Source: a virus (lineage: Duplodnaviria; Caudoviricetes). Taken from it: DNA of 64,000 bases. The position numbers were made by a program, and so were the translations under genes. Position 1 is the first letter of the stretch. Each line of letters begins with the position of its first letter. The notes under the pieces were generated by a model, which saw only the letters and a program-made list of their open reading frames with translations, searched no databases and was not told the origin of the DNA. The DNA lies in IMG/VR virus record IMGVR_UViG_3300037477_000009, positions 11,514 to 75,513 of that record, one strand, 5' to 3'. Of the stretch, positions 55,694-64,000 are shown in pieces.

Positions 55694-57549
55694 TAAAAAT
55701 TGACAGCAACTCTTTCACTCAAACCGAAATACAATTTTCTTCTCTCCAGTGCCAGTTCCAGGTAATCCACCTGGTCGAACTCAAATCGCCTGGTCTTTCT
55801 ATTTAAGTCAAATAATATGAATCCCCTGTGGCCTACAGTCTTTTGATCTTTAATTTTTTTCGTATGGAACTCTACAAGAGGGTTTGCAGGATCAGTTTGC
55901 ATAAATGGTCTGTGATAAACCAATATGTTACTCATCTTGTTTGACCACATCGCTCCACCAGCCAGATCAAATACATCTGGACATGGATAGTTCCCATCTT
56001 TACCTTTCGTCATCTTCGCAGGATGTGCGATCACCAGGAAGTAAATGTTATTCTGTTGTGCGAAGCGAAGGAAGTCTGCCAGCACTCCTTCCAGGTACTT
56101 GTCATCACGATAGTTACTTCCACGATAATCATTGGTCATTTGGTTAAAAGGATCAATGTCCACTCCATCAATTTTTTCTTTGATGATCAGTTCCAAAAAT
56201 CGTTGCTTGATATATTCAGGAGTCGGAGACAGATCAGTTGGTGCGATGTAGAAGAAGTGCTTGCTTATAAAATCATAGGCCGCATTGTACTCCGCTCTAA
56301 CCGGACAGCCTGGATTATTCGGAGTACAATCGCAGCCTAATAAAATTTCTGTGAGTTCGTGATAATAATTATGCACTGGATAATCTTCTGGAGGAAATGA
56401 TGCAAACTTTTCATCCAGTGCCACTGCCCTGAGTACCTGAAACCATTTCTTGAACATTGACTTACCATAATTGCCAATGCCAGTGAGTAAAGTGATCTCT
56501 GATCTGCGCATCTTAAACAAGCGATCCAGTTGTGGTATGCCAATAGGAACTACAAACTCGTATCCGTTCTCGTATATCTTGAATGCTTGCTCCTTCACAT
56601 CCTGGCCATACACCACATCACGCAGCCTGGCTGCTTCATCATCGATCTCGATCTTCACTTCCTTCATCGTTACCTTATCATACAATGTTTCCCTCTCAAA
56701 AAATGCAGAGCCGAATTTATCTTTGTTCTTCCGGTATGCAGACTTGATCGCTTTCCTTCCTTCTTTATCAGTGAAGTCATTGGATGTTGGAAACTCACGC
56801 AAGATCATGGCTATCGCTGTATCTTCCCACACACCGAATCTGCACAAGGCACAGGCCAGCTTGAACACAAACAAATTTCTTTCACCACTCACGAATGCAT
56901 CATTGCGATTCGACAACCACTTCAGTATGTTGCGGAATATATTTTCATCTTCTCTTACCGCTTCAGTTGTTTCAATGCGCTCAACAGTTTTTGTTTTTGT
57001 AAATGCTACTGCATCGGTCTTGATTGTGATACTCGGATCATATGATTCGTAGCATACTCTGGATGGATTGACACCACTGCGATCTACGTCCTTGAATACA
57101 TCTTGCAATGCAGCGAAGTGTTCACGATGCTTGCTACCATCAGCGATCTTTACCAGTGCCTTCAGTCCATTGCCTCTTGGTGAGAGCCACAGCGCATAAA
57201 TAAAATTGTGGCGCAGTATATCCACCGCCAGCACGTCTACATTCACCTCATCGAAGTCAAGCACCAGGTAACCGGAATGCTCAGTCAGGCAGCTATCCTT
57301 TCGTTCAGTGAACTTACCGGAGAAACATATCGATGGCAGATCACGCTTCAGCAGATCAGCTTTCTTCTTATCAAGCGTGAGCCTGATCTCTTCAATTCTC
57401 TTTTGGCTCTTGCCAGTCTTAATACGATCCAGTGCCGCATCAACAGTTATGTAATGCGGATCATTGGAATAAATGTTTTCGTAGATCGTACACATCATCT
57501 TACCATTCGTTACTAAACTTTGAAGTTTGTTGTTGTGGTTGCACTCCAT
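55693..57549 (-). CDS. Primase-helicase (BT4734/VirE-N-like N-terminus, PriCT, SF4 helicase)
   Basis: LPSICFSGKF...SGYLVLDFD...SPRGNGLKAL; GERNLFVFKLAC; TGIGNYGKS; IDPFN; VIAHPAK. Confidence 0.88.
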   Translation of the reverse strand: MECNHNNKLQSLVTNGKMMCTIYENIYSNDPHYITVDAALDRIKTGKSQKRIEEIRLTLDKKKADLLKRDLPSICFSGKFTERKDSCLTEHSGYLVLDFDEVNVDVLAVDILRHNFIYALWLSPRGNGLKALVKIADGSKHREHFAALQDVFKDVDRSGVNPSRVCYESYDPSITIKTDAVAFTKTKTVERIETTEAVREDENIFRNILKWLSNRNDAFVSGERNLFVFKLACALCRFGVWEDTAIAMILREFPTSNDFTDKEGRKAIKSAYRKNKDKFGSAFFERETLYDKVTMKEVKIEIDDEAARLRDVVYGQDVKEQAFKIYENGYEFVVPIGIPQLDRLFKMRRSEITLLTGIGNYGKSMFKKWFQVLRAVALDEKFASFPPEDYPVHNYYHELTEILLGCDCTPNNPGCPVRAEYNAAYDFISKHFFYIAPTDLSPTPEYIKQRFLELIIKEKIDGVDIDPFNQMTNDYRGSNYRDDKYLEGVLADFLRFAQQNNIYFLVIAHPAKMTKGKDGNYPCPDVFDLAGGAMWSNKMSNILVYHRPFMQTDPANPLVEFHTKKIKDQKTVGHRGFILFDLNRKTRRFEFDQVDYLELALERRKLYFGLSERVAVNF

Positions 57550-58207
57550 TGCTCGACACTATTTCATTCTCCCACCTTCTTTGATTGAGATAGGTTGCAG
57601 GGTGCGGCCTGAAATGTTTATCTGGCTGCGCAACTTTAAAAAGAGGAACGTGATCCATGATTGCATCACGTTCCTGGTCGTTCAACTTATTCCATAACCG
57701 CTCTGCACGAACTCTGTCACCAGTCTTGCGATCATAGAGATTCCAAAACTCGTTGAACGATTTATTGATCAGAGGGATAGCATCATTTGTTTCTTCCTGG
57801 CTCTCTTCACCAGGCTCTTCCATTGGCACAGGCTCACCTACTCCATTCACCATCATGTCTACCAGGTCACGATCTTTCACTGCACTTAGTTCACTGGTCA
57901 CACGCTTCTGAAACTTCCAACTCTTATTGCCGTTGTACTTGCGCCAGTTGAGCATTGCGATCTCACCTGTCTTTCTACTGTAAGCGATCTTCTGATCCTT
58001 TTCAAACTTATTCAGTATACTTTTTAATTCAGCCTGGCTGTACTTCAGATCGGCACACATCCTGTTCAGTGTTGTTTCATAGATGCCACAGGCACTTGTT
58101 CTCTCATTGGTGATCAGGTACAGGAATGCATCACGCTCTTCAACTGATAGTGAAACGATGTAGGGATCACTCCAGAAACTCATATGTACTGTTCTGTATA
58201 AGGCCAT
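57500..58207 (-). CDS. Replisome organiser / replication initiator
   Basis: MALYRTVHMSFWSDP...YLITNERTSACGIYE; FNEFWNLYDRK...PATYLNQRRWENE. Confidence 0.8.
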   Translation of the reverse strand: MALYRTVHMSFWSDPYIVSLSVEERDAFLYLITNERTSACGIYETTLNRMCADLKYSQAELKSILNKFEKDQKIAYSRKTGEIAMLNWRKYNGNKSWKFQKRVTSELSAVKDRDLVDMMVNGVGEPVPMEEPGEESQEETNDAIPLINKSFNEFWNLYDRKTGDRVRAERLWNKLNDQERDAIMDHVPLFKVAQPDKHFRPHPATYLNQRRWENEIVSSNGVQPQQQTSKFSNEW

Positions 58208-58214
58208 GCTCTTT

Positions 58215-58403
58215 TTAATTTATGAGTTCAAGTTTTTCTCTGAGTACAGGAAACCGGATTCCTTTATCATTCTGCACGATGCAGATGCCTTCAAACTCTG
58301 CAACGATCTGTACAACATCACCTGCCTTGCCATAATAGATCGGATGCTTCTTATCGATCCTCTTGAATGATGTGATATCATCTATTAGTTTATACTTCTT
58401 CAT
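58215..58403 (-). CDS. Small SH3-like protein
   Basis: YGKAGDVVQIV...CIVQNDKGIRFPV. Confidence 0.55.
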   Translation of the reverse strand: MKKYKLIDDITSFKRIDKKHPIYYGKAGDVVQIVAEFEGICIVQNDKGIRFPVLREKLELIN

Positions 58404-58836
58404 CGAACTTCATTTCCGTTTGCACCTCTGGATCAGGTATATTTATTCCAAACACATCTGCTGCCCACATCCTGATCATCTCGCAATAGTTGCTGAATTC
58501 TTCTTTGTTAAGTTCAGTGGTGGTATCTGCTCTTTCATCTACCTGGCCATTGGGCAGGTAGACTTTTATGCTATTGAACTTTTCTTTCATCCAATCATGC
58601 ACACCATCATTATCTATCCTGTTGCCAAGTTGCATGAGTGCAAACATGATCTCCTGGCAGATCACTCCACGATACCAGTTGTTTTGTTTGGTAGTACGCT
58701 TGCCTCTGTTCTTTACTACCAGGATCACGTCAGCATCGGGATGCTTCTTTATCTCCTGGTCAAAGCGGCCACGATTCTGCAAGACCAGTCGGCCTCCAGC
58801 AATGTATCCGTAGGTTTCAATTTTCATCTCTGTCAA
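58390..58836 (-). CDS. NinB-like recombination protein
   Basis: RTTKQNNWYRGVI...HDWMKEKF...TTELNKEEFSNYCE...GINIPDP. Confidence 0.75.
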   Translation of the reverse strand: MTEMKIETYGYIAGGRLVLQNRGRFDQEIKKHPDADVILVVKNRGKRTTKQNNWYRGVICQEIMFALMQLGNRIDNDGVHDWMKEKFNSIKVYLPNGQVDERADTTTELNKEEFSNYCEMIRMWAADVFGINIPDPEVQTEMKFDEEV

Positions 58837-59662
58837 CTACGTTGCGTAAGTGTTCATTGATTTGTGCCTGTGATGGATTCACTGTTTCGTGAATGGATGG
58901 TTGCAGATGCCTGAGTCTTGCTTCAAGACGTGCGAAGAGATCATAGTCAACACAACCAGCAATAAGTGCAAGTGCTTCGATCTTCTTTTGTTCCTGTGCA
59001 GTTTTATCATCATCAAACTTTGCATTGAGTGCAAGATTGATCAGCATTCTTTTTTCATCAGGCTTCGGACAATTCTCAAGGAATTCTTTTTTGGCATTAT
59101 CCATCTCTTCATATGGAGTAGGCTCAAACCCTGCCGCTTTCATTATCCAGCCAAGCAGCATTCGCCAGGCTTTTCCTTCCGCTCTTGTCTGCGCCATCGA
59201 TAACACTGCATACTCAGTGAAGTCATGCTTTCCGAATTCATCATTAGTGCAGATCATCTCTCCCCTGCTGAGTAACTTATCATCAGTGTACCTTCTCACC
59301 TCCACTACTGCACGATATTTATATCCAATTGTCTTTACTTCCTTCGGATTATTCTTCCTGTCAAACCACTTGTAATGCTTAGCCTGGTAATCACTTTCAT
59401 TCTTTACTTCCACGCACACTGGATAAAGACCAAACTGCGATCCGCAGAATTGCCAGGCTTCGACATATGCGTATGGCCGATCCTGTATGTTGCGCACCAG
59501 TTGTTGTTCGGTTACAAATTTCTTCAGCATATTAGCTACCTCAAGTGCCTGTCGTGGTTTGGCAATATCAAATCCTTCAATGGTGAGCGAAGGAACATTG
59601 TTCTCTTCCTCATGTTCTCTTGGTATTTCCTTTGTTGGAAATTTTGTTGTTGTCGCTGTCAT
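58817..59662 (-). CDS. Single-strand annealing protein (Rad52/Sak/ERF-like)
   Basis: YAYVEAWQ...YRAVVEV...SMAQTRAEGKA...TPYEEM. Confidence 0.65.
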   Translation of the reverse strand: MTATTTKFPTKEIPREHEEENNVPSLTIEGFDIAKPRQALEVANMLKKFVTEQQLVRNIQDRPYAYVEAWQFCGSQFGLYPVCVEVKNESDYQAKHYKWFDRKNNPKEVKTIGYKYRAVVEVRRYTDDKLLSRGEMICTNDEFGKHDFTEYAVLSMAQTRAEGKAWRMLLGWIMKAAGFEPTPYEEMDNAKKEFLENCPKPDEKRMLINLALNAKFDDDKTAQEQKKIEALALIAGCVDYDLFARLEARLRHLQPSIHETVNPSQAQINEHLRNVVDRDEN

Positions 59663-59668
59663 ATGAAT

Positions 59669-59878
59669 TTATTTTAACGGGTTGCTTAATTCAAGTTCTT
59701 CACGCTTGGCTGTGATCTTCTTTAGCAGCAGTTCTTTTATCTCAGGCATCGAGTGATGACCAGCATATCTTTCTGCAAGCAGATAAATCATATCCCTGCA
59801 AGCAGCCAGGTGCTGATCAGTTGTGCTGGTTGATATCCACCTGCGAATAGTTTCGGCACTTGATTCAATCGCTTCCAT
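59669..59878 (-). CDS. Hypothetical protein
   Basis: 69 aa. Confidence 0.55.
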   Translation of the reverse strand: MEAIESSAETIRRWISTSTTDQHLAACRDMIYLLAERYAGHHSMPEIKELLLKKITAKREELELSNPLK

Positions 59879-60221
59879 TTTGTCTCTTCTCTTTTAAATA
59901 TTCCTTCACTATATCTCGGCATTCTCTTTCTACGATCCATGATCTGTAATCATCCCACTCCATATACAACTTGCTTACACGCTGCGTGTGTTCGCCATGA
60001 TGGTTGATGTCATCGTAGATCGTTTCAAACCTTACCATCACTACATTACCATATACATCATAATCATCGAGCCATCCGGTACGTCTCATTAGCCTGGCTG
60101 CATCAACCTTACTTAGTTCCAATTCTTTGATCTCATCTTCCTTACTGGTTGAATAGAATATGATCAGTCCGTTTTCGCCAGCGTGAAACTCTTCTATCGT
60201 GATGTTTGGCAGTGTGACCAT
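59865..60221 (-). CDS. Hypothetical protein
   Basis: 118 aa. Confidence 0.6.
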   Translation of the reverse strand: MVTLPNITIEEFHAGENGLIIFYSTSKEDEIKELELSKVDAARLMRRTGWLDDYDVYGNVVMVRFETIYDDINHHGEHTQRVSKLYMEWDDYRSWIVERECRDIVKEYLKEKRQNGSD

Positions 60222-60253
60222 ATACTACTACATTTGCCATGTCATTTAGTCGA

Positions 60254-60538
60254 TTAAATATTGGGGAGATTGCCTTTGTCAGCAGTCTCCCTTTTCTTTA
60301 TTAGCAGTTGTTCTGGCAGCGATTCAAGCAAATACCTCATCGAGTTTCCTTCACCTGTGGTACTTACTCCTGCTCTTCGCAAGGCTCGTAACTCAAGTCG
60401 GGTAAGTCCGTAGGCGGTAGCCAGGAATCTTCCACTCACCCATGTCTCCTTACTTTTCACTTGCAGATGCACCATGAGCGAGTCCATCTTATCATTGAGG
60501 CTCTTTAACTGCTGCTGCAACTTTCTTTCGTTTGTCAT
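60254..60538 (-). CDS. Excisionase-like HTH protein
   Basis: ETWVSGRFLATAYGLTRLELRALRR; downstream of the cro-like gene. Confidence 0.5.
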   Translation of the reverse strand: MTNERKLQQQLKSLNDKMDSLMVHLQVKSKETWVSGRFLATAYGLTRLELRALRRAGVSTTGEGNSMRYLLESLPEQLLIKKRETADKGNLPNI

Positions 60539-60749
60539 TTACCTGTAGCTTTACAAGTGAATCAACTCTTGTTATATTATAATGTCTGCTGATGGTGTAT
60601 AGCACAGCATACTTGGTTAGCTGGTCGCTTCCTGTCTCCAGCCACCGGATCACCGAGAAGATTTCCTTGCCAGTGACCTTTGCGATCTTACCGATGAGTT
60701 CTGGATCAGCAGCGATCCGCTTGAGGTACTCGTCTTTTAACTGGTACAT
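60492..60749 (-). CDS. Cro-like HTH protein
   Basis: KIAKVTGKEIFSVIRWL; divergent from cI-like gene; start reassigned to MYQLKD. Confidence 0.6.
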   Translation of the reverse strand: MYQLKDEYLKRIAADPELIGKIAKVTGKEIFSVIRWLETGSDQLTKYAVLYTISRHYNITRVDSLVKLQVNDKRKKVAAAVKEPQ

Positions 60750-60779
60750 TATTTTCTTTTTGATTGTAGCAGGAAGGTA

Positions 60780-60960
60780 CAGACAGATTATATAGAATAA
60801 CATAGATTCTATATAATATTATGCACAACTATTGTGCATTTTTCTGCACACTTTTTCCATAGATTTATCCACATTTAGAATTCCACAGAAAAATTTTGCT
60901 ATAGAATACCATAGCAATTATATTTATATATAATTTTATACTTAATTCTATGGAATTCTT
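60780..60960. promoter_or_regulatory. cI/cro divergent control region with clustered TTCYAYRGAA-like operators
   Basis: TTATATAGAA 60786, TTCTATATAA 60805, TTCCATAGAT 60855, TTCCACAGAA 60881, TGCTATAGAA 60897, TTCTATGGAA 60946. Confidence 0.6.
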
Positions 60961-61014
60961 TGTCTATTTTTTTTATTACACTTTTAAACATTACATTAGT
61001 CACTGATCTTAAAA

Positions 61015-61434
61015 ATGAACTTTATGGACTTGTCGTTAGGTGCAATTATTAGTCAAGCCAGGAAGCGTAAGAATCTCACACAAGGTGAGGTTGCCCGACA
61101 GATAGATATGAAGCTGTCAACTTATGCGAAGAAAGAAACTGATGGCGGTTTCACTGAAGAGCAACTCAAAAAACTCTCAAAGTTGCTTCAGTTAAAGTTA
61201 GTGGAGTTACAAAAAGCAAAGGAGCGAGGTGTTGTCATTATTCCAGATGCGATAAAAACGCTGATAGAAAAGGCACTGGTCAATGAGGCTTGCCAGCGTG
61301 TTTTACTGGAGGATATGGCTTATGTGATCGCTGAGATGAAGAAGATGAAGGTCGGTGCTGTGCGGCTTGCGCAGGAGACGAGAATAACCGATGTCCTTGC
61401 ACAACTAAGTCAGCAATACGGATCGCAAGACTGA
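61015..61434 (+). CDS. CI-like repressor (XRE HTH; no S24 peptidase domain)
   Basis: ISQARKRKNLTQGEVARQIDMKLSTYAKKETDG; divergent from cro-like gene. Confidence 0.75.
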   Translation: MNFMDLSLGAIISQARKRKNLTQGEVARQIDMKLSTYAKKETDGGFTEEQLKKLSKLLQLKLVELQKAKERGVVIIPDAIKTLIEKALVNEACQRVLLEDMAYVIAEMKKMKVGAVRLAQETRITDVLAQLSQQYGSQD

Positions 61435-61596
61435 TCTTTTGTTTTTTGGGCTGTGACATAGGCGGTTTCTTTGTGGTTTAATGGTAAAAGTAAATTCCCT
61501 GAAAGGGTAAGTTAAGAAATTAGATAATTCTATAGATATTTGGGAACAGATTTCTATAGAATTTTTTTTGCACATACACCAAACCAATCTCGTTTT

Positions 61597-62079
61597 ATGA
61601 AACTTTATCACGTTGATGCTAAAAGGCGCAATGAATGGCTTGAGGCTGTAGTAATTAAATTCATACCAGGTGGCTATGTAACTGGTGATCCTGATAAGCC
61701 AGTGGTAATACTCAGGGATGCACCAGGAAAGAAAACATTTGCACTCTCCTGCTATGTTTCAAATTTTGATCTGCATCTCTTGGATGCACCTGAAGGCGAT
61801 CACCTGCTCACCATTCGCCTGAAGAAAAACCTGGACATAGATCACTCCACTGTAAGGGCGATCCAAAGGTGGCTTGTAAAGGCGCAGCACAGGCAGGTGT
61901 ATGTGATCGGTAAGTGTGATGTTTTGCTCTGGATCACCGGATGGAACTTCATGGATCGCTTGAATAAAATAGGTCGCTATCCGGTCTTTGCCAGGAACAA
62001 GCCACTGATCTTCTGGGAGAAGGAGACAGCCGACCAGGTTGCAGCAGAACTGAAGGATTACAAACTGGCGGTATGCTAA
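61597..62079 (+). CDS. Hypothetical protein in the lysogeny module
   Basis: Start reassigned to MKLYHV; preceded by two TTCTATAGA(A/T) sites. Confidence 0.6.
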   Translation: MKLYHVDAKRRNEWLEAVVIKFIPGGYVTGDPDKPVVILRDAPGKKTFALSCYVSNFDLHLLDAPEGDHLLTIRLKKNLDIDHSTVRAIQRWLVKAQHRQVYVIGKCDVLLWITGWNFMDRLNKIGRYPVFARNKPLIFWEKETADQVAAELKDYKLAVC

Positions 62080-62080
62080 A

Positions 62081-62105
62081 ATGCCAGGCTACATGAGCCT
62101 GGCAT
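62081..62105. terminator. Hairpin between convergent genes
   Basis: ATGCCAGGCT-ACATG-AGCCTGGCAT, perfect 10-bp stem. Confidence 0.65.
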
Positions 62106-62126
62106 TGGATGGATATAAATTATATC

Positions 62127-63374
62127 TTAAAAGTTTTTCCAGAATAATTCAACCTCCTTGCCGATCTTTTCCTCCGTTACATCATAATAACTATCAACAC
62201 AGGTCTGCATATCGATAGCCATCAGTGTGGCGCATACCTCACATGATATTCCACTATTAGCACAGAGTTCTACGGCAAAAGTCTTTCTTCCGCAGTGACT
62301 GGTTATGTGCTTATTGATCTCAAGGTCTGCCATTGCTTCACCAATGTTTTCATTGATATCTTTTAATTGCTCAGTGGTAAGCGGATGCCTCTTCATAAAC
62401 TCAAACAAACGCAACAGTCTTTTAGTCGCTGGAATAACAACTGGCTCACCAGTTTTTTTCGTAACCATTCCTGCAATACCACGCTTAGTAATGTGCTTGC
62501 GTGGATCAAACCTGTACCAGTCGCTTACACGAAGGCCAGTACAGCATCCAAAAAGAAGATAAAGTGTTGCCAGTTTTTTGTAGTATGGAGATGTTCCTTT
62601 TCTGTAGAATTTTCTCCTGGTTACTTTGTGATCATCGATATCACTAATATATTCCTCAACCATATCCAGCTCTGCAAGAGTCAGGTACTCTTTTTTCTTA
62701 ACATCTACAGCCTCTGGAAGTTTATAGCCAGCGAATGGTTTGAAATTGATCACACCCTCTGTGTGTGCCTGCTCGCAAAACTGTTTAATCACTTTCATGT
62801 TCTCCCGTATAGTGTTGCCACCATACTCCAGCGTTTTCATATCCATCTGCATCTTCTTTAAGAACTTCACATTGATCTGTGAGAACATCAGGTTAGTACC
62901 ATCAAGATACTTCTCCAGCATACGGAAAGTATTCCTGAATATAGATACCCTTCCTTCTCCTTCCTTATGCTTCTCAGGATTCGTTGTGATCATAAAATTG
63001 ATGTGCGAGTTCACATAAGTGAAGATGTTCATATCGTTCCTGATCATCGGATCAACTCCATCTGCCTTGATATCGTTCTTCACTAAAGCCAGGTCAACAT
63101 TCCCTTCGCCATTAACACGAAGGAAATCATAACGCTTCGTAAGATCGGCTTCCATTGTTCTGAGTTCTCCGTTGATCATCTCTGCCTGTGGATGCACATT
63201 ACTGCCCTTCTCTTTTAAACGAGCCTTGTTATTATCCCACTGATTTTCGGATGCGTAATACTTTGTACTCTTCAAAACAGTTTGGCCATTCAGATATAAC
63301 CTGAGATAGATGGCGAACTGATCTTTAGAATTCTTCTTGTTTGATTTTAAATGAGGCGTGATTGTGAATGACAT
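62127..63374 (-). CDS. int: Tyrosine integrase (arm-binding N-terminus, SAM-like core, catalytic domain)
   Basis: IYLRLYLNG arm domain; TGLRVSD (R), SHCGRKTFA (HxxR), terminal Tyr in DSYY. Confidence 0.92.
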   Translation of the reverse strand: MSFTITPHLKSNKKNSKDQFAIYLRLYLNGQTVLKSTKYYASENQWDNNKARLKEKGSNVHPQAEMINGELRTMEADLTKRYDFLRVNGEGNVDLALVKNDIKADGVDPMIRNDMNIFTYVNSHINFMITTNPEKHKEGEGRVSIFRNTFRMLEKYLDGTNLMFSQINVKFLKKMQMDMKTLEYGGNTIRENMKVIKQFCEQAHTEGVINFKPFAGYKLPEAVDVKKKEYLTLAELDMVEEYISDIDDHKVTRRKFYRKGTSPYYKKLATLYLLFGCCTGLRVSDWYRFDPRKHITKRGIAGMVTKKTGEPVVIPATKRLLRLFEFMKRHPLTTEQLKDINENIGEAMADLEINKHITSHCGRKTFAVELCANSGISCEVCATLMAIDMQTCVDSYYDVTEEKIGKEVELFWKNF

Positions 63375-63515
63375 AATTGTATAGTTTTTATATATTGAGA
63401 AAAGTGTTACTCGGTAAGATCAGGTCATATGATAGGTCACAAAAAACGGTTATCCTGATGACTCCAGGTAACTCCACATGACTCCTAAATCTGTTTTTTA
63501 ATTTCATTGAAACCT

Positions 63516-63529
63516 GCGCTCAGAGTGGG
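63516..63529 (-). other. Candidate att core resembling a tRNA 3' end
   Basis: Minus strand CCCACTCTGAGCGC fits the 3' T-stem strand plus 3' acceptor strand; upstream of int. Confidence 0.4.
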
Positions 63530-63539
63530 TTTAAAAGAA

Positions 63540-63562
63540 GAAGCCTCTGATACAGAGGCTTC
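63540..63562. terminator. Hairpin next to candidate att
   Basis: GAAGCCTCT-GATAC-AGAGGCTTC. Confidence 0.5.
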
Positions 63563-63631
63563 AAAGGTAAGAAGAAGTTTTATTCTTCAGGCATAAATTT
63601 TGGAACAAATTTAAATGGCCTTTTTTCAATG

Positions 63632-63904
63632 CTAAACGTTTGATAATCCACGTTTCATCTTTGATCGTGTTTTGTGATTGGAACGAACTGGTCGCTCTAC
63701 AGGTAACAAAACTTCCTGGTCTTTCTTTATTATACCAGTCTGCGTTCCTCTCTCCACCAATAGTAAATCAAGTTCGTCAAACTTGCGCACTGTAATAAGA
63801 TTATTCTTGATCCAGTAGTTCATCTTCTGCTTGTTGATGCCGAGTTCTTTTGCGTAGGTGTTCGGTCTTACCAATTTGTCTGTGTTGATCCTGTACTCTG
63901 CCAT
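63632..63904 (-). CDS. Small HTH protein (Xis/regulator-like)
   Basis: RPNTYAKELGINKQKMNYWIKNN. Confidence 0.65.
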   Translation of the reverse strand: MAEYRINTDKLVRPNTYAKELGINKQKMNYWIKNNLITVRKFDELDLLLVERGTQTGIIKKDQEVLLPVERPVRSNHKTRSKMKRGLSNV

Positions 63905-64000
63905 ATTTATTAATGTTTGATTTCGGTGAAGGTAAGGATAATTATGTTACTCGGTAACACTTTTTATTTTCTTGAACAGGTTTGCAAACCTGCCTCCCAT

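Larger units (their letters stand above)
327..62126. repeat. Dispersed 15-bp palindrome GATAYA-N3-TATATC (19 copies)
   Basis: Starts: 327, 5360, 29176, 29231, 34365, 34625, 35435, 36112, 37262, 38115, 39239, 39406, 39952, 40082, 41617, 42459, 42566, 53264, 62112. Confidence 0.85.

Noticed and set aside
62200-62240. Integrase lacks the usual LGH second His (reads LMAID)
   Set aside because: The other catalytic residues (R, HxxR, Y) are intact and this position varies among tyrosine recombinases; not evidence of a pseudogene.
1-64000. Stop-codon reassignment, as in some crAss-like phages
   Set aside because: Genes are long and tightly packed under code 11, and TAG and TGA both serve as real stops.
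1-64000. Diversity-generating retroelement, retron or rRNA/tRNA genes
   Set aside because: No reverse-transcriptase motifs, no TR/VR repeat pair and no complete tRNA cloverleaf were seen.

Overview
The whole window is part of a tailed phage genome that very probably infects Bacteroidota. The host call rests on TAnnTTTG/TTTG-type promoters, SD-less A-rich leaders, a BT4734-like primase-helicase and a Bacteroidota-type tyrosine integrase. 1-29.2 kb (minus strand) is a crAss-like podovirus morphogenesis block: partial scaffold-like gene, portal, large terminase, a 4422-aa polyvalent virion protein, two putative ejection proteins, an apparently split muzzle gene, three ring-like proteins and a tandem GroES gene. 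29.3-42.4 kb holds many small accessory genes and non-coding islands. 42.6-54.5 kb (plus) is an early/accessory operon. 54.5-60.7 kb (minus) is replication/recombination. 60.2-64 kb is a lambda-like cro/cI/int lysogeny module with a candidate attP. The most striking unannotated signal is an RNA layer on the early operon. A complete type III hammerhead ribozyme (43024-43073) follows a ~440-nt hairpin-rich leader. Downstream, ten intergenic tRNA-like elements (closing stem, variable arm, T-loop arm, with covarying stems) each sit directly in front of a gene between 44.1 and 51.4 kb. Other finds: a four-unit promoter-terminator small-RNA array (38.16-38.68 kb), a 15-bp palindrome present 19 times, a second operator family centred on cI/cro, and a two-copy late-promoter architecture. 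All protein-family calls come from motif recognition by eye; no database search was run.
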